DNA of 64,000 nucleotides, from assembly GCF_009914755.1 (NCBI RefSeq), contig NC_060926.1; one strand, 5' to 3'. Source of the stretch: the human T2T-CHM13v2.0 reference genome, Homo sapiens. A model generated the notes under the pieces. It ran no database searches. It was not told the origin of the DNA and saw only the letters and a list, made by a program, of their open reading frames with translations. Each line of letters begins with the position of its first letter. Position 1 is the stretch's first letter. Of the stretch, positions 17,680 to 35,099 are shown one piece after another. The position numbers and the translations under genes were made by a program.

Positions 17680-18378
17680 TGTCAACTGAAGAATCAGAAG
17701 ATTCATAAATTTGGAAGAGAGCTTTACTTCTCCTAAAGGGCTGCAGCCTGCAGGCTGACCATCCCACAGGCTGGGAAACACAGCCTCTGGCAGAAGCCAA
17801 GAGCAAGCACTTCTAGTGAGGGAAACAGGAATTTATGCTGAACTGGCTGGCTACATAAACATATTCAACAGCTTACAGGAGGGGCTATGAATATTCACGA
17901 ACAGGAGGCACATGCATGTATAGTAAGCTAACATGTATGCACATGCATGCCATGTTAACTCTGGGGTGGAGACTTAACAAGTAGTATCACAATTAGGCCC
18001 TATACATCAAAAGATGAAGCAGAGGAAATGGAGGCCCACTGTGTGCAGCCTCCCTACATAGACTGGCCAGAACCACTCCATCATCAGTGGTCTTTTATTA
18101 GGAAGGAATGCTGGTCAGTTGCTGTGTCAAAACTGCAAAAAGAAGGAACAACAGTCAGGTAGTTGCTTGAAATCAGCAGGGGAAAATTTCAGCTGGTTTC
18201 TGTTTAACTCTTAGGGAAGAAAGACTAATGGTGGCTAATAAGGGAGGAGGTATTACAAGGTGTGTCCAAGCTCTCACTCCATCTTGGCCAGGAACTCATT
18301 TTTAAGCTTTCTCTGGGGTCCCCTTGGCTGAGAGGGGAGTCTAGTCATTGGGGGGAACAGGATTTTTTCCTTCTCAGA
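17680..18378. mobile_element. ERV1 (MER4-group, MER50-like) LTR
   Basis: tgtcaactgaagaat...cataaatttggaag...gcagcctgcagg; interrupts older L1M sequence. Confidence 0.55.
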
Positions 18379-18379
18379 A

Positions 18380-19780
18380 CCTAACTGAATTACACATTAT
18401 GACATAACCTCAGTGAAGTGACTGTGGTGATAAGGAAGCTAACTAACTTTGGAAATCAGTGAAATGACTGAAAACTGTATGGATGATAAAGGAACTGTAC
18501 ATCGACAGTGTACTCTATCAACATGGCTTTTCATGGTAGCGAGGAGCAGGTAACAATTCTGCAACTGCTTTGCATATATACTAGGTTTAAATTAGTAAGT
18601 AATGGAGCCTGGCTCTCACTGTCAGGAGTAGAGTTACAGATAGAACAAGAAGGGAAAGACAGAATGAACCCTGACCTATGGTACTGGATTAAAGACAAAG
18701 ACATCACTATGAACTCATGTTTAGTTTAATACACATATACAGAAAAAGTACAGAAACAATTAGAGATATGCATGAATACATGGGTAAGTACATAGTGTAT
18801 ATGCATTCTATTACAGATACATACATTACCCTAGCTCTATCCTCTGAGAGAAAGCCATGACACTCAGCAGCAAAGAGCACTCCCAGAGTCTAGATCTTGA
18901 TTTCCAAATGCAATTCTCCAATAAAGGCAACCAGAGCTCCTTAGAGAAAAGGCTGATTCCAGCACTAAGATAGGGAAAACACGAAATGAGTCCAGAGCAT
19001 ACCTTCTAGCACCAGAAAGGAAATGTTCAAAAAAAAAAAAAAATTAAAAGGATGGGGTCATATGAAAGAAATACAAAAGCCAAAATGAAGGAATTCCTAA
19101 TGGCCAGAACTGGAACAATGAAGCAATCAATAATTTGATATTAGATGATAGCCCAAAGAATAAATATCCATGAGTCCACACAGAAAAAATAAATGGAGGA
19201 GAAAAGATAATCTTCCTCGCAGAATTCTAAATGACATATGTAGTTATCTCCCTTCCAAGAGACAGAGCTTTGTCCCCTCACCTTTTGAGTTTGGGCTGGA
19301 CTTACTGACTTGCTTTCAATAAGCAGAGCATGAAAGGGAAAAATAGCAACTTTATAGTGGAAAACAATAAATGGCACTTACACAAAAGGATAAAAGTTAG
19401 CATTACCAATGATGTCATGTAGATACCATGTACTCCCTGATGCATTTGTCAAAACCCACAAATACTCCCTGATATGATGAGATTAGAAGGGCACTTTTCC
19501 TCTGTCATATTCTTGCCAAAAACCTTAACTCTAGCCTAATTATGAAAAAAACAACAGACAAGCCCAGATGAGATGGTATTCTACAGGCTACCTGACCACT
19601 ACTCCTTAAAATTGTCAAGGGCATGAAAAATATGGAAAGATAAGTTGAGAAACTATCACAGACTAGAGGAAACTAAAAAGCATGACAAGTGAATGCAGTG
19701 TCATTGATTTCTGGAACAGAATATTAATGAAAAAAAACTGGTGAAATCCAAATAAAGTCTGGAGTTAACAGTAATATACA
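18380..19780 (+). mobile_element. Old L1M (MC/MD-like) 3' region hosting several LTR insertions
   Basis: L1M-like 3' segments that resume between the LTRs up to about 21350. Confidence 0.55.
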
Positions 19781-19782
19781 AA

Positions 19783-20202
19783 TTGTCTTAGTTAAGTTTC
19801 TGTTGCTCACACCAGAATACCTGAAACTGTGTAATTTGTTAAAAAAAAAAAAAAAGGAATTTATTCTTTTCCTTAGTTATGGAGGCTGATGTCCAAAGTC
19901 AAAAGGATACATCTAGTGAGGGCCTTCTTACTGGTGGGGACTCTGCAGAGACCCAAGGAGGTACAGGGCATCATATGTCAAGGAAGCTAAGCATGCTAGC
20001 TCAGATCTCTCTTACTTGTCTTATAAAGCCACCAGTCTCACTCCCATAACCCCATTAATCAATTAATGGATTAATCCTTCGTGAGGACAGAGGCCTCGTG
20101 ACCCAATCACCTCCCAAAGGCCTTACCTTTCAATACATCCACACTGGGGGTTAAATTTCGAAATGAGTTTTGGAGCGGGCAAATATTCAAACCACGAAAC
20201 CA
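19783..20202 (-). mobile_element. MST-family MaLR solo LTR
   Basis: tgtcttagttaagtttctgttgc...aaatattcaaacca. Confidence 0.8.
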
Positions 20203-20242
20203 ATATTCTCAGTTTTGATAAGTGTACCATAGTAAGAATAGT

Positions 20243-21234
20243 AGGCAGTTTGCTAGGGCTGCCATAACAAAGTACCACAAATTAAATGGCTTAAACAACA
20301 CAAACTTATTTTTTTTGTAAAACCAGCAGTTTTATTTTAACCAACATTTGTTTTGATTTCCAAGTTTTATGATCTCTTCTACCTCCAAAAGAAACTGAAG
20401 CAACTTATAGATTAAAACAAAGTATAAAGAACTAAAGCATTTAGAGATAAAATAGGACGAATAATGTATCCCTGTGCTGGAATTTATAAGACACAGTATG
20501 CTTTAGTAAAAAAAGTGTTAGAATTGAAGCACAAAAAATCCTGGGTTCTAGCCTTAAGTCTCTCTGTGTGGTCTTGTGTAATCTTTATTCCATTGGCAAA
20601 ACAAAGTCTCTACAACTTTTTCAATGTAATTTTGTAATATATTTAAAAAATAATATGCTAGCATTAGTATGTGAGGCAAAATGCGGTGGTTGAGGTTGTA
20701 GAGGAACCAGTTAAGAGATTAAAGAGTGATTAGGTACAGAGGATTAACAGTAGGAATAGAAAGAAAAGGAGGGGGGAATCCTTTTAAGGAAACGTTTGAC
20801 AGAACTTGGAAGTTCACTGGAAATGAGAATGAGCAAGATGAGTCCGAGATGACTTTGAGTCTGAACAACACAAACTTATTGTCTCACAGTTCTGAAGGCT
20901 GCAAGTCTAAAATCAAGGGGTCAGCAGGGCAATGCTCCTGCTGAAGGTGCTAGGGAAGGAACTATCCTAGGCTTCTTTTCTGGCTTCGGATAGTTCTCTG
21001 GCTTGTGGCAGCATAACTCCAATCTTCACGTGACATTATCCTGTGTACATGACTATCTGCAAATTTCCCTTTTATAAGCATACCAGTCATATTGGATTGA
21101 GGCCCACCCTACTCAATTATGACCTTAATTACATATACAACAACCCTGTTTCCAGATAAGGTCACATTCTGAGGTACTGGGGACTAGGACTCCAACATAT
21201 GAATTTTGGGGGACACAATTCAATCCATAATAGC
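20243..21234 (-). mobile_element. MLT1B/C-like MaLR LTR split by the retrocopy
   Basis: gtttgctagggctgccataacaaagtaccacaa, resuming as gtctcacagttctgaaggc after 20880. Confidence 0.8.
20294..20880 (-). pseudogene. Retrocopied polyadenylated RNA 3' end (about 550 bp) with 17-bp TSD, inserted in an MLT1 LTR
   Basis: AACAACACAAACTTATT at 20294-20310 and 20864-20880; T-run 20309-20316; AATAAA on minus strand at 20331-20336. Confidence 0.8.
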
Positions 21235-21811
21235 AATGTAGGATCACATTAGGGGAAACGGAAACTGGGTGAGAGGTACGTAAGAACTCTGTACTATCTT
21301 TTTAACTTTTCAATAGATCTAAAACTGTAAAATAATAAAAAATTATCTTAAAAACTTATTTCTATAAAGTCAGGTAATAAAATATAACATTTTCTTAATA
21401 AGCAGAATAAAGAGATTTCCCACATCCAGCTGAACCCATAATCTCAGTAAGATTTTTTGTTTTTAATTAAGGGGGCAACCACAGGTAAAATGGTGAAAAC
21501 CAAAGTTGCCCTGGTTTGCAACACTACTGATTTAGTGTCTATCTTTCTCAGGCACTTTTCCATAAACTATTAGCAAAAATGGAATGCCATACCTTATTCT
21601 GCACCTCCCACTGTTAATTCAGCAACTTGCCATGGTCATCTTCCCATGTCACTACTACAGATAAAGCTGTCTTATTTTTTTTCTATGTTTCTATGGTAAA
21701 ACAAAACACACACACAGACAACCACCGAAAGTATAATATAGAACTTAGTCAATTACTATAATGCAAAACTCTTGTAACCACTACCTAGGTCAAGAAATGG
21801 AATTTAGCCGC

Positions 21812-22300
21812 TGAGGGATGCAATCTGGCATAAGCGCTGGAAATTTCTCTGTACCTTACTGCTGGGTGTCCTATGAATAGGTATGCCATGAACCCAAGGG
21901 CCTGACCACTCCTTGCCTGGGTCATTTTCAAGGTAGCCACCATGAAGAAAAAGGTCTTCTGCTGTAGACTCCACGAAGAAGAAGGTTTTTGCTGTGAGCC
22001 ACCATGAAGAAGAAGGTAATGTCTTCCTCTGGGACAGACAGCAGACTTATTTACAGCTTACTAAAACCAGCAGGTTTCCCAAATTGCATGACAGTTGTAC
22101 TGTCATGCAATATACTGCATATGCAGGCACTCATATAGGTCCTCTGTATCACTCCCCTGAGGCTTAAGCAAGAGAAACCTTGCTCAGTGTTGCTCGCTGT
22201 GCCACTCATAAAAAATTCTATTTTTTCTAATCCAAGAGTGTCACGTCTTCTGCTAGCACCCATGAAATATTAAGAAGCTAACTATTAGCTTATATAGTAC
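21812..22300 (+). mobile_element. Old ERVL-type LTR (LTR40/LTR53-like) with an internal ~31-bp tandem repeat
   Basis: Loose similarity to remembered consensus; poly(A)-signal-like segment near 22210. Confidence 0.35.
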
Positions 22301-22304
22301 TACA

Positions 22305-22665
22305 GACTGAATGCTTGCATCCTTCCAAAATTTGTATGTTGAAATCCTAACCTCCAAGGTGATGGCATAAGAGTGGGACCTTTGAGAGGTAATTAGGTCA
22401 TGTCAGCCCTCATGAATGAGATTAACGCCCTTATAAAAGAAACCCTGGAGAGCTTCTTCACCCCTTCTACCACAAGAGGACAGAGAGATAAGATGGCCAA
22501 CAAGGCTGTCTATGAACCAGGAAGCTGGCCATCACCAGACACCAAATCCGCTGGCCCCTTGATCTTGAACTCCCCAGCCTCCAGAACCATGAGAAATAAA
22601 TTTTGTTTTTTATAAGCTACCCAGTTTACGGTTTTGTTACAGCAGCTCAAATGGACTAAAACACT
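22305..22665 (+). mobile_element. MLT1A-type MaLR LTR
   Basis: tgttgaaatcctaacctcc...cagcctccagaaccatgagaaataaa. Confidence 0.8.
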
Positions 22666-22971
22666 ATCATCTACTATATTCTTGGGAACTAGGAATCTAG
22701 ATGTGGAGGAAAAGAGATTCAGATATAGGATTAAAAGGACTATTAATAATTCTAGGACACCATCTGGACATCATAATAAGAACATGTGTACTGTCATGAA
22801 AATGATATACACAGTATCATTTCATGCACTCCAAACACTATACCCTCAATACTGAATACTACTTTCTAAAAGGACAAAAAGAAAATGAAAATAGAAGTTT
22901 TCTCCATATCCAGGTCAAAATTAAATGAGCTTTTGCATATTAAATTAAAATGCTGTTTAAGAATTTAAAAT

Positions 22972-23266
22972 AGACCAGCATGGTGGCTCACACCTATCAT
23001 TCTAGCACATTGAGGGGCCAAGGCAGGAAGATCATTTGTGCCCAGAGGTTCGAGGCCAGTCTGGGCAACACAGAAACCTCATCTCTACAAAAAATTTAAA
23101 AATTAGCTGGGGTTGGGGTCCATACCTGCAGTCCTAGCTACTCGGGAGGCTAAGGCAGGAGGATCACCTGAGCCTAGGAGTTCGAGGCTACAGTAAGCTA
23201 ATGTCACTACACTCCAGCCTGGGCAACACAGCAAGACCTTGTCTCAAACAATAACAAACAAAAAAA
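22972..23266 (+). mobile_element. Alu (J-like)
   Basis: Diverged Alu; TSD aaga(a/g)tttaaaataga. Confidence 0.88.
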
Positions 23267-23920
23267 GAGTTTAAAATAGATTATGGAGAAAGAAGAAAAA
23301 AAATATTTCCCTGAATATTTTCATAGTAAGAATATGTCCAAATTAGTCTACAGATAGAAATGAGGCCTCACTGACAGGTTCCACTGGCTTTCATTAGCTT
23401 GACAAACCTTATATGCAGAAATGCAGAATTCTGTCCTCCCTTCTGGGTTCTATTCCCTACCTTCTATCTTGGAAGGGTCACCGTGAATGTCACACTATAA
23501 ACACAAAATAATCCTGTCCACTTCTCATAACTCTGCCTGCAATACTGCCATCAATGGCATACTTCCATCACTCCACCATGAAATAAAAAGGATCTCTCCC
23601 TCTCTTTCTCTTTCTCTCTCTCTGTCTCAGAAAGGCCACAGAAGAATTGCTTGGGATACATCTTCTCTACCCCTGAGGCACTCATAAAAGCAAACACTGA
23701 GATTCAGAATTATTCAACCCCCAGGCCCTGAGAGTCTTTATCTTCCTTCCAGGTGTCTTCTGCCCCATGTCACCATAGTCCTCATATGATCTGGATTCTG
23801 TCATGTCTTCCCATTCCACCTTTGTACTTATGTCTGAGTCACTGACACTGCTCCTAGTTTTTTTTCTAGGAAACTCCTCAACCTCCATGTATAACAGCTG
23901 AATAAAATAAGTAAGGGTAG

Positions 23921-24351
23921 TGCTATGGTTCGAGTATTTGCCCCCTCCCAAACTCCTGTTGAAATTTAATCCACACTGTGGCAATACTAAGAGGTGAGTG
24001 CTTTAAGAGGTGATTGGGCATGACAGTTCTGCTCACATGAACGGATTAACCCATTCATAAATTAATGGATTAATGAGTTAATGAACCAATGGGTTATTAT
24101 GGGAGTAAGACTGTAGGTTTATAAGAGGAAGAGGCAGACCTGAGCTAGCACACTTAGCCCCCTTGCCACATGATGTCCTATACCGCCTTAGGACTCTACA
24201 GAGGTCCCACCTGCAAAATGGCCCACACCAGATGCAACACCTTGACCTTGGACTTCTCAACCTCCGTAACGATAAGAAATAAATTCCTTTTCTTTACAAA
24301 TTCCTCAGTTTTAGGTATTCTGTTATAAGCAACAGAAAATGGACTAACACA
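23921..24351 (+). mobile_element. MST-family MaLR solo LTR
   Basis: tgctatggttcgagtatttg...aatggactaacaca. Confidence 0.82.
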
Positions 24352-25139
24352 GTTAGGAAGGGATATGCCAGGCTTCGTATCCCCATCTCCACTTAGGCTT
24401 AACAGAGGCACAGTTGCAATAGTTACGTAGTGCCCACTCTGTCAGAGGCTATAGAGCGTACAAAGTAAATCTATGAAAACAGATAGCCAGGATTCAAATC
24501 ACACCTCATAATTACTAGCTGTGTGACATTTGGGCATGTTACTTAGCCTCCCTGTCCCTCAATTTCTGCCCTGTTATATAGAGATAAGGCTACAATCCCT
24601 TAATTCCTAAAATTTTCTAGATTTTGGAAAATAGTACATACTAAATACTTCATAAAACACCCCAAGAGAAGTCTAGGTCCTTGTAATACTTGATTACATA
24701 GTAATAAAGGGTTTTTATATTTATGCACCAAACCATAAGTGTTTACACTAGTTAGGATAAAAACTAAAAGAGCTTCAAGTACATCCAGGTCAGATTTTGC
24801 CAATGTATTTACCACAAACTAACAAAAAACTTTTGGTTTTGAGGTTTTAGAATTGCAAATAAGAGATCTGTAGTATGTACCCCAGAGGACTATCATGAAA
24901 ATTAACTGAGCTAACCCATGACAAGTACTTACAATACCACCTAGAATACAGTGATATCAGATGACTTGTTATTTTTATGTGCAATTTACTTGTCAGCCTC
25001 TATAAGAGATATAAAAGTGAATAAAATTTATTTCTTCCTTATAATCTGATAAACTTTGGATATTTAACTTTGCAAGGTACCATTACAGTAATAGCTAACA
25101 TGTATAAAATGACTGTCATATGCCATGCACTATGCTAGA

Positions 25140-25403
<264 letters not shown>

Positions 25404-25430
25404 ACTATGCTAGATTTTTTAATGCATTAT

Positions 25431-25988
25431 TGTGATGGTTAATATTGACTGTCAACGTGATTGGATTGAAGGATGAAAAGTATTTTTCCTGGGTATGTCT
25501 GTGCAGGTATTGCCAAAGGAGATTAACATTCAAGTCGGTGGACTGGGAGAGGCAGACCCACCCTCAGTCTGAGTGGGCACCATCTAATCAGCTTCCAGAG
25601 TGGCTAGAATAAAAGCAGGCAGAAGTTGGAAGGACTTGACTTGCTGAGTCTTCCAGCCTTCATCTTTCTCCGGCACTGGATGCTTCCTGCCTTCAAACAT
25701 CAGCTTCCAAGTTCTTCAGCTTTTGGACTCTTGGACTTATACCAGTGGTTTGCCAGAGGCTCTTGGGCCTTTGGCCACAGACTGGAGGCTGCACTGTCAG
25801 CTTCCTAACTTGTGAGGTTTTGGGACTCAGACTGATCCATCACTGGCTTCCTTGCTCCTCAATTTGCGGACGGCCTATCATGGGACTTTATCTTGTGATC
25901 ATGTGAGTCAATTCTCCTTAATAAACTCCCTTTCATATATACATATGTCCTATAAGTTCTGTCCTTCTAGAGAACACTGATTAATACA
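25431..25988 (+). mobile_element. MLT2A-type (HERV-L) solo LTR
   Basis: TG...CA ends; tgtgatggttaatattga start; 5-bp TSD attat at 25426-25430 and 25989-25993. Confidence 0.9.
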
Positions 25989-26334
25989 ATTATCTTATTT
26001 ATCATTTATAAGCACTCTAAGGTAGATATTATTATTATTCTCACTTTATACATATCAAAAGGGAAGCTGTAAGAGACCAAGTAATCCACCCAAGATTAAG
26101 TAGTGAACCCATTATTTAAACTCAGGCATTCTGACTTGTAAGAACCATGGTTTTAACCATAATCTTATGCCACCTCCTACAAGGTGCGTGTGCCATGTCT
26201 TGACACTCAGTTGAGAACCATGATGTACCTAAGGTCAAGGAAATCTGCCATACCAGTATTTCTCTACTTCTCTAACAATGACATTTTAAGTTACACATAC
26301 AAATAATGCCAGCAAAACAAACACAATAACTTAC

Positions 26335-26377
26335 CAAATGGTGCAGTATGGTATTAGTCCTTTTGAATGCATTAAAC
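26335..26377 (-). CDS. HIBCH: HIBCH exon 2 (43 nt), (R)FNAFKRTNTILHHL
   Basis: tttcag|G TTT AAT GCA...CAT TTG|gtaagt; phase fits exons 1 and 3. Confidence 0.96.
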
Positions 26378-26507
26378 CTGAAACAAATGTGGAAAACAAT
26401 GAGAACAGTAATGTGGGTAGTCATGTCTCAGTTGACAAATAGTATATCACCTTTTGTTTCAGCCTCTTCTAAAAGGTATTACCAGAACAAAAAGTTTAAA
26501 AGGTTTA

Positions 26508-27820
26508 GCTCTCATTCACTGCTGGTAGGAACATTAAATGGTACAGCCACTTTGCACATGAATTTTATGGTAACTTTATTCATAACTGCCAAAATGTGGA
26601 CGTAACCAAGATGTTCTTCAATGGTTGGAAGACAAACCAATTTCAATACAACCATATAAAATATTATTCAGCCATGAAAAAAAGAAAAGAGCTATTATGC
26701 CACAAAAAAAATTGGACGAAACTTAAATGCATACATACTACTAAGCAAAAGAAGCCAGTCTGAAAAGGCTACATACTCTCATTTCAACTGTATGATATTC
26801 TGAAAAGGGCAAAATTATGAAATCAGTAGAAAGATCAATGGTTGCCAGGGGTTTGGGGGACGGAAGGAGGGATGAACAGTTGAAACACAGGAGATGTTTA
26901 GGGCAGTGAAACTAATCTGTATGATACTGTAATGGTTGATACATGTCCTTATTATTTGTCAAACTTTTCTGCTCAAATTTGCAGGTCATTTTTTCCATCA
27001 ACTTATAACTACTCTAAAAAATAAAGTCATTAATCTTAAGAAAAAAGGTTTGTTAAAGATGCAATACAAACAGCATCCTCAGACACTAGAGAGAGGTATA
27101 AATTGGTACTGCCTTTCCGGTAAACAGTCTGGAAATACAAATCCACAGCCTTTAAAATGATCACACCCTTCAATCCACTAATTCCGCAAGCATTTGCACT
27201 AGGGAAATCTCAGAAATATGACCAAAGTCTGATTGATAAATATGTTCACATTATTTACAGGATGGAAAAACTGAAAACAAAGTAAATGTCTAAGAGTAGA
27301 GCATTATTTTAAAGACTGTGTCTATTAATACAACCATTACACAACCACTAAAAATACTAACATGGAAAAGTAGTGACAAATCACAAAAGGAGAGCAGGCT
27401 ACAAAACAATAAACACAACACACTTCTATTTTTTGCTGTCTTAAAAGTGCTTGTTGGGCTAGGAATACAAAGCCTGAGACACAGCTTGACCAAAGTGACC
27501 ACTAATAATGGACATGAGAATGGTGAGGGTGGGGGCACCTGGGAAGGGGCATGAACAAACACGGAATGTTGGAAATTGTCTCTATCCCAATGCTGATTAC
27601 AGGACTGCAGGTATAAGTTCACTAAGCTATAAACTTCAGAACGGTGTACTCAAGTGCCTTATGTAAATTATAATAAGAAAGTAAAAGACAACACCGGGAA
27701 CGGCAGTGATTGAGAGAGGCATGAGGAGGGCCTCTGGAATGCTTGTTTCTCGATCCAGGTGCTGGTGATTTAGGTATGTTTCATTTGTGAAAATTCATCA
27801 AGTTGTATCATTATGCTTTG
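26508..27820 (+). mobile_element. Old L1M 3' fragments
   Basis: ctcattcactgctggtagga..., aagaagccagtctgaaaaggctacatac, gggcagtgaaact. Confidence 0.6.
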
Positions 27821-28293
27821 GGCTTTTTAAAAAATTTCCTAAAAGACATAGCTCTTGCCCTCGAGAAACCCACAACGTAATGACAGATGTGCAAATAAAA
27901 ACACTATAGTTAGAATATACTAAGATGCATGCTTTTTGTTTAAGAAGCTAAATTTAAGATCTATGGAAAGAGGTCAAAGCTAGAATCAGTAGCTGCAGCA
28001 GCCTGATAAGGGCTGTGCACATGTGCAGATACATATACCAACTAATGGAACTGATAAACTGACAATCTGCTAATTTTTCAAGAATACTCTGAGATTATAT
28101 GAAGACCAACAGCCTGAGGTTTCACAAAAGGCAATATCACCAGTTACCACTTGTAACAACTTGGATGACTGAATTTATAAAAATATTTGTAATCCAACTT
28201 GCCTTTCAGAATTTATATGACTTTTTTATATTACATTCAAATTGAATAATACTATACAAAAGAGAGAAACAACCTATTTGTTTAAGTCAGTTA

Positions 28294-29250
<957 letters not shown>

Positions 29251-29827
29251 GAATCACCTGGAGACTGCTAAAAATTCCAAAGCCCAGGTCACACCCAAGA
29301 CCAATTAAATCAAACTCTGGAGGTGGGGCACAGGCACAGATACTTTGTTTGAAGCTCCCCTAAATGATTTCAAAGAACGAAGCTGTCATTAAAAATCAAC
29401 ACTAACACTTTATAATTATGAAACTGAAGTGACAGATCATATCTTATTTAGGGATACTTTCTAAATAAGGTTTTCATAATTACTTTTAAAGTGTGAACTA
29501 CACTACCCTAAAACACCACGTCTAAAATGTTTTCAACTTGACTCAATTTTATCTTTCTGGAGATTTTAAGCATAAAAATCCAGAATGACTTTGGATTCCT
29601 TAATGAGGCCAGTACCCAAATGTAGGTTCAAGGTTCAAGAGGGTGTTGCCAGATTTGCAACTATTATGTAACAGTGTAAGTACTAACTGCAGTGTTTTAA
29701 CAAGTAAACAAAGAGAACTCAGGACTAACTCCAAGTCCCAGTTTTATATATAAGACAGAATTTTATTTAACTCAAAGAAAGTTAATGTAAACCTATCAAA
29801 CAAAGCCACTGTACACAATATTTATAG

Positions 29828-30821
<994 letters not shown>

Positions 30822-30892
30822 TGCTACTTCTAATTTCTTAATTAACTTTATCAGGCTTATTTCCTTCAACTGATGTCAACTTGGCTTTTTAG

Positions 30893-31080
30893 AACAGTTA
30901 TTCTCAAAGTATGGTTCTTGGACAAGTACCATCAACATCCCCTGGAAACTGACTAGAAACTGAAATTCTCTGCCCCACCCCAGACCTACTGAACAAGAAA
31001 CTGTGGGGCCCAGAAATCTGTGTTTAACAAACCCTCCAGGTGGTTATGATGCGTGAAGTTTAAATAAACAACTGTCTTAG
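30893..31080. mobile_element. MER5A
   Basis: ttctcaaagtatggtt...cccagacctactgaa...aacaaaccctccaggtg. Confidence 0.75.
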
Positions 31081-31699
31081 ATGAGAACTTTATCACTCAG
31101 GAACTTTTTGCAATTATCCAATAAAACAAACATGGCCTCACGAAATTAAACAACTACATGAAACTGCTTAAGCAGGAAGAAGACATCACAAAGTAGTGCT
31201 TAGTGAAAATTATTATCCCAGAAGTAGGCAAGGTGTGAACAGAGCAGAAAATCAAGTCCAGGAGGCCAATAATTTAGGCATGGGGTGATGAAGAACAGCA
31301 GATGTGGAAACAGAAGGGAGTGATATTATTAAGAGTTTTTATAAAGTAAAAACTCAATGGAAAGGAATGTCAAAAATGACTTTAAGATTTCAAGCCAGGA
31401 CAACCAGGAGAATATAGAAAAGACAGGGAAAGAAGCTAGCTGGTTTGCAGGACGAAATACAAATTCAATTTTTTGAATTTGAATTTGTACTGACATAAGC
31501 AGAAATAGTCAACAGAAGAAAGAGACTAGAGGTTGAAAGAAAAGTTAGAACTAAAGGTATATCTTATGCCACATGCATGTACAATCACTGAGACACTGGA
31601 ATCTCTCAGCTTTCTGTAAGGAATAAATGAGAAGGCTGCAGTTGAAAACTAATTGCCAGAAAGATGCCAACTGTAACTGTGGTATTGGTCAGCAGCATT

Positions 31700-33695
<1,996 letters not shown>

Positions 33696-35099
33696 CCTTA
33701 AGTGCAAATTTATATATGAGGTGCAACTGAGGCATTCAGAGGGTTGTGACCAGCATTAGAGCTCAGGGCAAGTCAGGTTAGACAAAAATTTGAGTTACCC
33801 TAAGAGAGATGATTTGGGAACCAAAAAAAAAAAAAAGTCCAAGAGCTAAACTGGCACTGGGGTAAGGAGAGGCGGTGGAGAGTGGCATTAGAAAAGTAGG
33901 CCAGTACCGAAGAAGCCAAGGGAGGCCAGAGTTCAAGTGGGGCTGCCCAACACTGTCAACCATGGCCCAAGGCCTTTTTTCCTCTCAGAAACACTTTCCG
34001 TGGCACCCTATTCCCTTATACAGTTGTGGGTTAGGGTATTGTGGACTGGACCATCTTGGCCTCTGCTTTCTAGGATAATACCCACTTCAGGGCTGAGTCT
34101 GGAAAAGGCATCTCAGATCAAAGCCCCCAAAATGGTCCTGGCCTCACCTACAGAGTACTGCATCTTGGAACGTGGGGTGGAAGAAAGCCAAGCTGAATTG
34201 TGGGAATGACAGATCCTTTCCTAAGTCAGCTAACTTTAACAAACATGTCTTTCCAGTTTGTTTCTCTATTTGCTATTTGCTGACAACACTGAAAAAGCGG
34301 CAGTAACGATTACGTGTACTGATTTTCTTAGCATTTACTAAATCTCTCCATGAGCTGGTGCAAGGACAACTAATTTTAAGGTATTAAAAAAACAAACAGA
34401 AAAGCAACTCTTAAATGTATAACAAAAATTTACTGAGAATTAGGTCTGTGGATACAGTGTTAGACATCTAGACACTTTCCCCTGAAACTATTCTTCTTAA
34501 GTCAAGGAAACACCTCCATCCCTTTTCAGGAAACCCAGAAGGCAAACTCTAAGGCTTAAAGAATCCAGTAATTTAAGTCGTCCTTATTTTAAAGAAATAA
34601 GGACGGTTCTCCCTTCAAGTGGGCGCAGCTGCTACCTGGTATGACAGTACAGGGCCAGGCAGTGGGCTGTTTAAGGCGCATGCAGCCTAAAGATGATGGC
34701 TACCAGATTTCCTAGGCTGAGCTCAAAGCGCAGTGAGGGGTACTTTCAAAAAGTTAAACAATGTTTGCAAACATGCTCCCCCATGCCACGTTAAATGTCC
34801 CTCAACACTAGCCTGAAAGTTCCAAATGCCTATACTGACGCTGCAGCCATGCAAGAAAGCTGAATAAAATCACACCACGGGCAGAGAGAGGTGCAGCAAC
34901 TGGCAAAGCACCTGTGTGTGCTGGCTGCACAAAACATGCCGCACAGTTCCGCTAAGCTAAATCTGTCCGTGTCCCCAGACTGCACCCAACTTTTAAGAAA
35001 GGAAAGAAACTGAGGCCAAAAGAATTAAAGTCGTGTGGGGACAAGCCTGAATTAAGAGCCAGAGTGGCAGAAAACCAGAGTGCTGCTGCAAAGAAGATG

